A stretch of DNA of 64,000 nucleotides from positions 3,581 through 67,580 of the forward strand of contig DATIZH010000027.1 of NCBI GenBank assembly GCA_035517195.1, written 5' to 3'. The translations under genes and the position numbers were made by a program. The notes under the pieces were generated by a model, which was not told where the DNA came from, searched no databases, and saw only the letters and a list, made by a program, of their open reading frames with translations. Origin of the DNA: Nitrospiria bacterium (lineage in GTDB: Bacteria; Nitrospirota; Nitrospiria; JACQCE01). Of the stretch, positions 61,697 through 64,000 are shown in pieces. Position 1 is the stretch's first letter. Every line of letters begins with the position of its first letter.

Positions 61697-64000
61697 TTAA
61701 TTCGGCTGCGGGATGAGCAGTTGGTACGCGCACGTTGCATCCGTCACGAAGAGTTCATACCCCTGCCACGGCTGGAGCAGGGCCGGCGGCGACGCGTTAT
61801 AGGTGACGGGGACTTCCGCCGCGCCGGTCCAGACATAGACGGCGTTTCCGACCACGCCGGCGGCGACGGCCTGCGCGAACGTCATCTCCCCGAGCGTGCA
61901 GCTCCCTCCGCCGGTCTGCAGAATGTGAGTGTCCTGCAACTGGACATTCTTCTTGAACGGATTGCCGATCAGATTCATGCCCTCCTGCAGCGCGTCGTCG
62001 AAATGCGGCACCCCGCCGAGGTGGCCGTCGATCACTCCCGTCACATTCGTCCCGCTGTAGTTCAGCAGGGACAGGGTGTTCGTGAAGAAATAATAGCCCT
62101 CTCCCGGCTCCACGCAGTTGGCGGAACAGGGATCAGGATCCATCAGCTGATACGAGCCGTCGGTTTCGGTCAGGCCGGTGGAGATCCACTTGTACAGGCA
62201 GGGCAGATCGTTGGATCCGCACCAGTTGGGCACCCCGTCCAGCGGGCCGAAGATGGCCGTCGGCGACAACGGTCCCTGCAGCGGCACCGACACCAGGACG
62301 GCGTAGACCGGATCGACCCGCATGTCGGTGCGCAGGTTGCAGTTCTGGGAGGTGCCGCTGCCGTCGCAGGCCGGATCGATCGGATCGTTGACGTTGGTGG
62401 TGGTCAACGTGCCCAGCGTCGAGAGATTGCCCACCTTGTCGGTGACCCTGATGGCGAAGAAGTAGTTGGTGTTGGAGGTGGCGTGCTGGAACGACCCGAC
62501 GCACTCCCCGCCGCCGTTCAAGGTCTCGCACATGTTCACCGTCATCGACTGGACCGCGCCCGGCTGGCCGGGGATCGGCACGCCGGTGGTGACCTGGTGG
62601 AGCAGATCGGACACTTGCGCGCCATTCGCGCAGGTGGTCTGGTCGAATCCGATGGTGCTCACGCAATCGCCCGCCGAGCCGGGGATGATCTCGAAGGGAG
62701 AGTAGCGGAGATCGTACGATGTCGCCGGCCCCCCGGCGGGTCCGTCATCCCCCTGCGCGGTCCACTTGAGCTGCGCCGACCGGTCGGTAACGGAGACGAC
62801 CTGCAGGTTGGTGATCTGGCCCGGCAGCGTCGTGTCCGTCACCCCCTGCGTCGTCGCCGTGACCACGACGCCGAATGGACTTTGGTTGCCCACTTCATCG
62901 ACCGCCTCGATCGCGAAGTAGTAGGCGGTGTTCTGGCTCAGCCCGGTCACCGTGAGCGCCTCGCCCAGACCCGCCGCGTGCGGCAGATATCCGCCCGTGA
63001 CCACAATCGTGGCCGACGTGCCGTCGCCCTTCGGCACCGTCATGGCGTCAAAGGTCGTGGCGCCGCCGAAATTGGCGCCCGTGATTGGGCTGGTCGAATA
63101 TTTGACGATGTAGTATTTCGGCGTGCCGCACGGACAGGGCGGATCGATGGCCGGCTCGCTGTCATCGCCGGGCGACGTCCATTGCAGTACCACCGAACTG
63201 CTCGTTACCGTGCCGGTCGTCAGATCACTGACGGCGGCCGGCGGGATCGTGTCCGGCGGCAGTGTCACCGGGGCCACGTTGGAGTAGGAGCAGTTCGGCA
63301 CCTCGTCGCAGACCTTCAGAACGAAGTTATAGGTCTGGTTTGAGGCCAGACCGGTCACTGTAAAGGATTCGGGCGAGCCCGACGGTTGGGGAACGGGCAA
63401 CCCGCTCACCTGCTTGAGGCCGTTGAAAATCGTGTCGGTGACCGGCGTGGAAATTGGCAAAGTGGAATAGCCGAGCGCATAGCTGGTCGCCGTTCCGGCC
63501 ATTCCGTCATCACCCACGGCCGTCCAACTGAGCTGGGCCCGGTCGCTATAATTGACGCCAGCGACGATCGGCACGAGGGCGGCCGTCACGGTCGCCGACG
63601 CCGGCGGGATGATATCCGGACTCCCCGTGGTGATCACCGTCCCCGCAATACCCGAAGGAACCTGGGAGCCGGTGCCCGGCAGGGCGGAGATCACCAAACT
63701 CGACCCGATCGTGCCCGAATTGATGTAAATCCTGCCGCCGCCTCCCCCGCCGCTGAAATCGGAGGTGCTGGCGCCCGCGCCGTATCCGCCGTTGGCCTGG
63801 ACCATTCCGGCGCCGGTCAACGCGCCGGCATTGATGTAGAGGCTTCCCCCGCTTCCGCCTCCGCTCGCTTCCGGATAGACGGGATCCACGCTGCCGTTCA
63901 TGCCGTTGACACTGAGCGTCCCGTTGACGGTCAGGGCATTCGGCACATCCAGCAGGATTGAGCCGCCTCCGCTGCCTCCCAGTTTTGCCGGAGGCGTGGA
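61697..64000 (-). CDS. Large secreted multi-FN3 protein with Gly-rich repeats (5' end outside the window)
   Basis: The frame stays open to the window edge (STPPAKLGGSGGGSILLDV... upstream of the track start). N-terminal G-rich repeats (GGSGGSLYINAGALTGAG, GGGGGGRIYINSG). At least three FN3-like modules (..LSWTAVGDDG..ATSYALGYS, VVLQWTSPGDD, AQLKWTAQGDDG..ATSYDLRYS). Confidence 0.75.
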   Translation of the reverse strand, partial: STPPAKLGGSGGGSILLDVPNALTVNGTLSVNGMNGSVDPVYPEASGGGSGGSLYINAGALTGAGMVQANGGYGAGASTSDFSGGGGGGRIYINSGTIGSSLVISALPGTGSQVPSGIAGTVITTGSPDIIPPASATVTAALVPIVAGVNYSDRAQLSWTAVGDDGMAGTATSYALGYSTLPISTPVTDTIFNGLKQVSGLPVPQPSGSPESFTVTGLASNQTYNFVLKVCDEVPNCSYSNVAPVTLPPDTIPPAAVSDLTTGTVTSSSVVLQWTSPGDDSEPAIDPPCPCGTPKYYIVKYSTSPITGANFGGATTFDAMTVPKGDGTSATIVVTGGYLPHAAGLGEALTVTGLSQNTAYYFAIEAVDEVGNQSPFGVVVTATTQGVTDTTLPGQITNLQVVSVTDRSAQLKWTAQGDDGPAGGPATSYDLRYSPFEIIPGSAGDCVSTIGFDQTTCANGAQVSDLLHQVTTGVPIPGQPGAVQSMTVNMCETLNGGGECVGSFQHATSNTNYFFAIRVTDKVGNLSTLGTLTTTNVNDPIDPACDGSGTSQNCNLRTDMRVDPVYAVLVSVPLQGPLSPTAIFGPLDGVPNWCGSNDLPCLYKWISTGLTETDGSYQLMDPDPCSANCVEPGEGYYFFTNTLSLLNYSGTNVTGVIDGHLGGVPHFDDALQEGMNLIGNPFKKNVQLQDTHILQTGGGSCTLGEMTFAQAVAAGVVGNAVYVWTGAAEVPVTYNASPPALLQPWQGYELFVTDATCAYQLLIPQPN

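Overview
High-GC bacterial chromosomal segment (GC judged by eye, not computed), densely coded and mostly housekeeping. I saw no rRNA, tRNA or CRISPR array.

Layout, left to right:
- 203-6464 (minus strand): six consecutive predicted lipoprotein genes. They are an unknown protein, a TPR protein, a delta-60-repeat protein and three tandem NHL-repeat paralogs.
- 6799-13469 (minus): tetR, NodT-type outer membrane factor, membrane fusion protein and RND pump.
- 13985-20835: hisS, then a mixed set. This includes an FGE/SUMF1-like protein, a DUF4124-like low-complexity protein, a BNR-repeat protein ending in a CxxCH haem motif, and a FAH-family hydrolase.
- 21054-31355 (minus): a tight 10-gene cluster, pheA-hisC-DAHP synthase-tyrA-aroA-cmk-plsC-rpsA-sppA-ihfB.
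- 31434-32882: a visibly AT-rich islet of about 1.4 kb carrying a HigBA-like toxin-antitoxin pair and a frameshifted gene. It is bracketed by inverted copies of a structured repeat of about 140 nt.
- 32907-39864 (minus): ruvB, ruvA, ruvC, yebC, uvrC and a porin-like gene.
- 40120-55985 (plus): argD-argF-argG-argH, a small YifL-like lipoprotein, a B12-type radical SAM gene with a STAS-like tail, lysA-dapF-dapA-dapB-dapL, folK, a deoxynucleoside kinase and panC.
- 56035-64000: an FG-GAP lipoprotein, a membrane-anchored pentahaem cytochrome with TPR repeats, and two FN3-type secreted proteins (the last is truncated by the window edge).

The least ordinary content is non-coding. Several interspersed repeat families fill almost every intergenic spacer:
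- A GTGGGGGC...GCCCCCAC hairpin family whose copies show compensatory stem changes. One copy sits in-frame inside folK.
- A GGGGGGAGAGAGCGTCTCCCCCC hairpin that occurs inside larger composite repeats.
- Paired G-tract and C-tract arms that occupy the spacers between co-transcribed biosynthetic genes, always in the same polarity relative to transcription.

All functional readings of these repeats are inference. No database search or folding calculation could be run.
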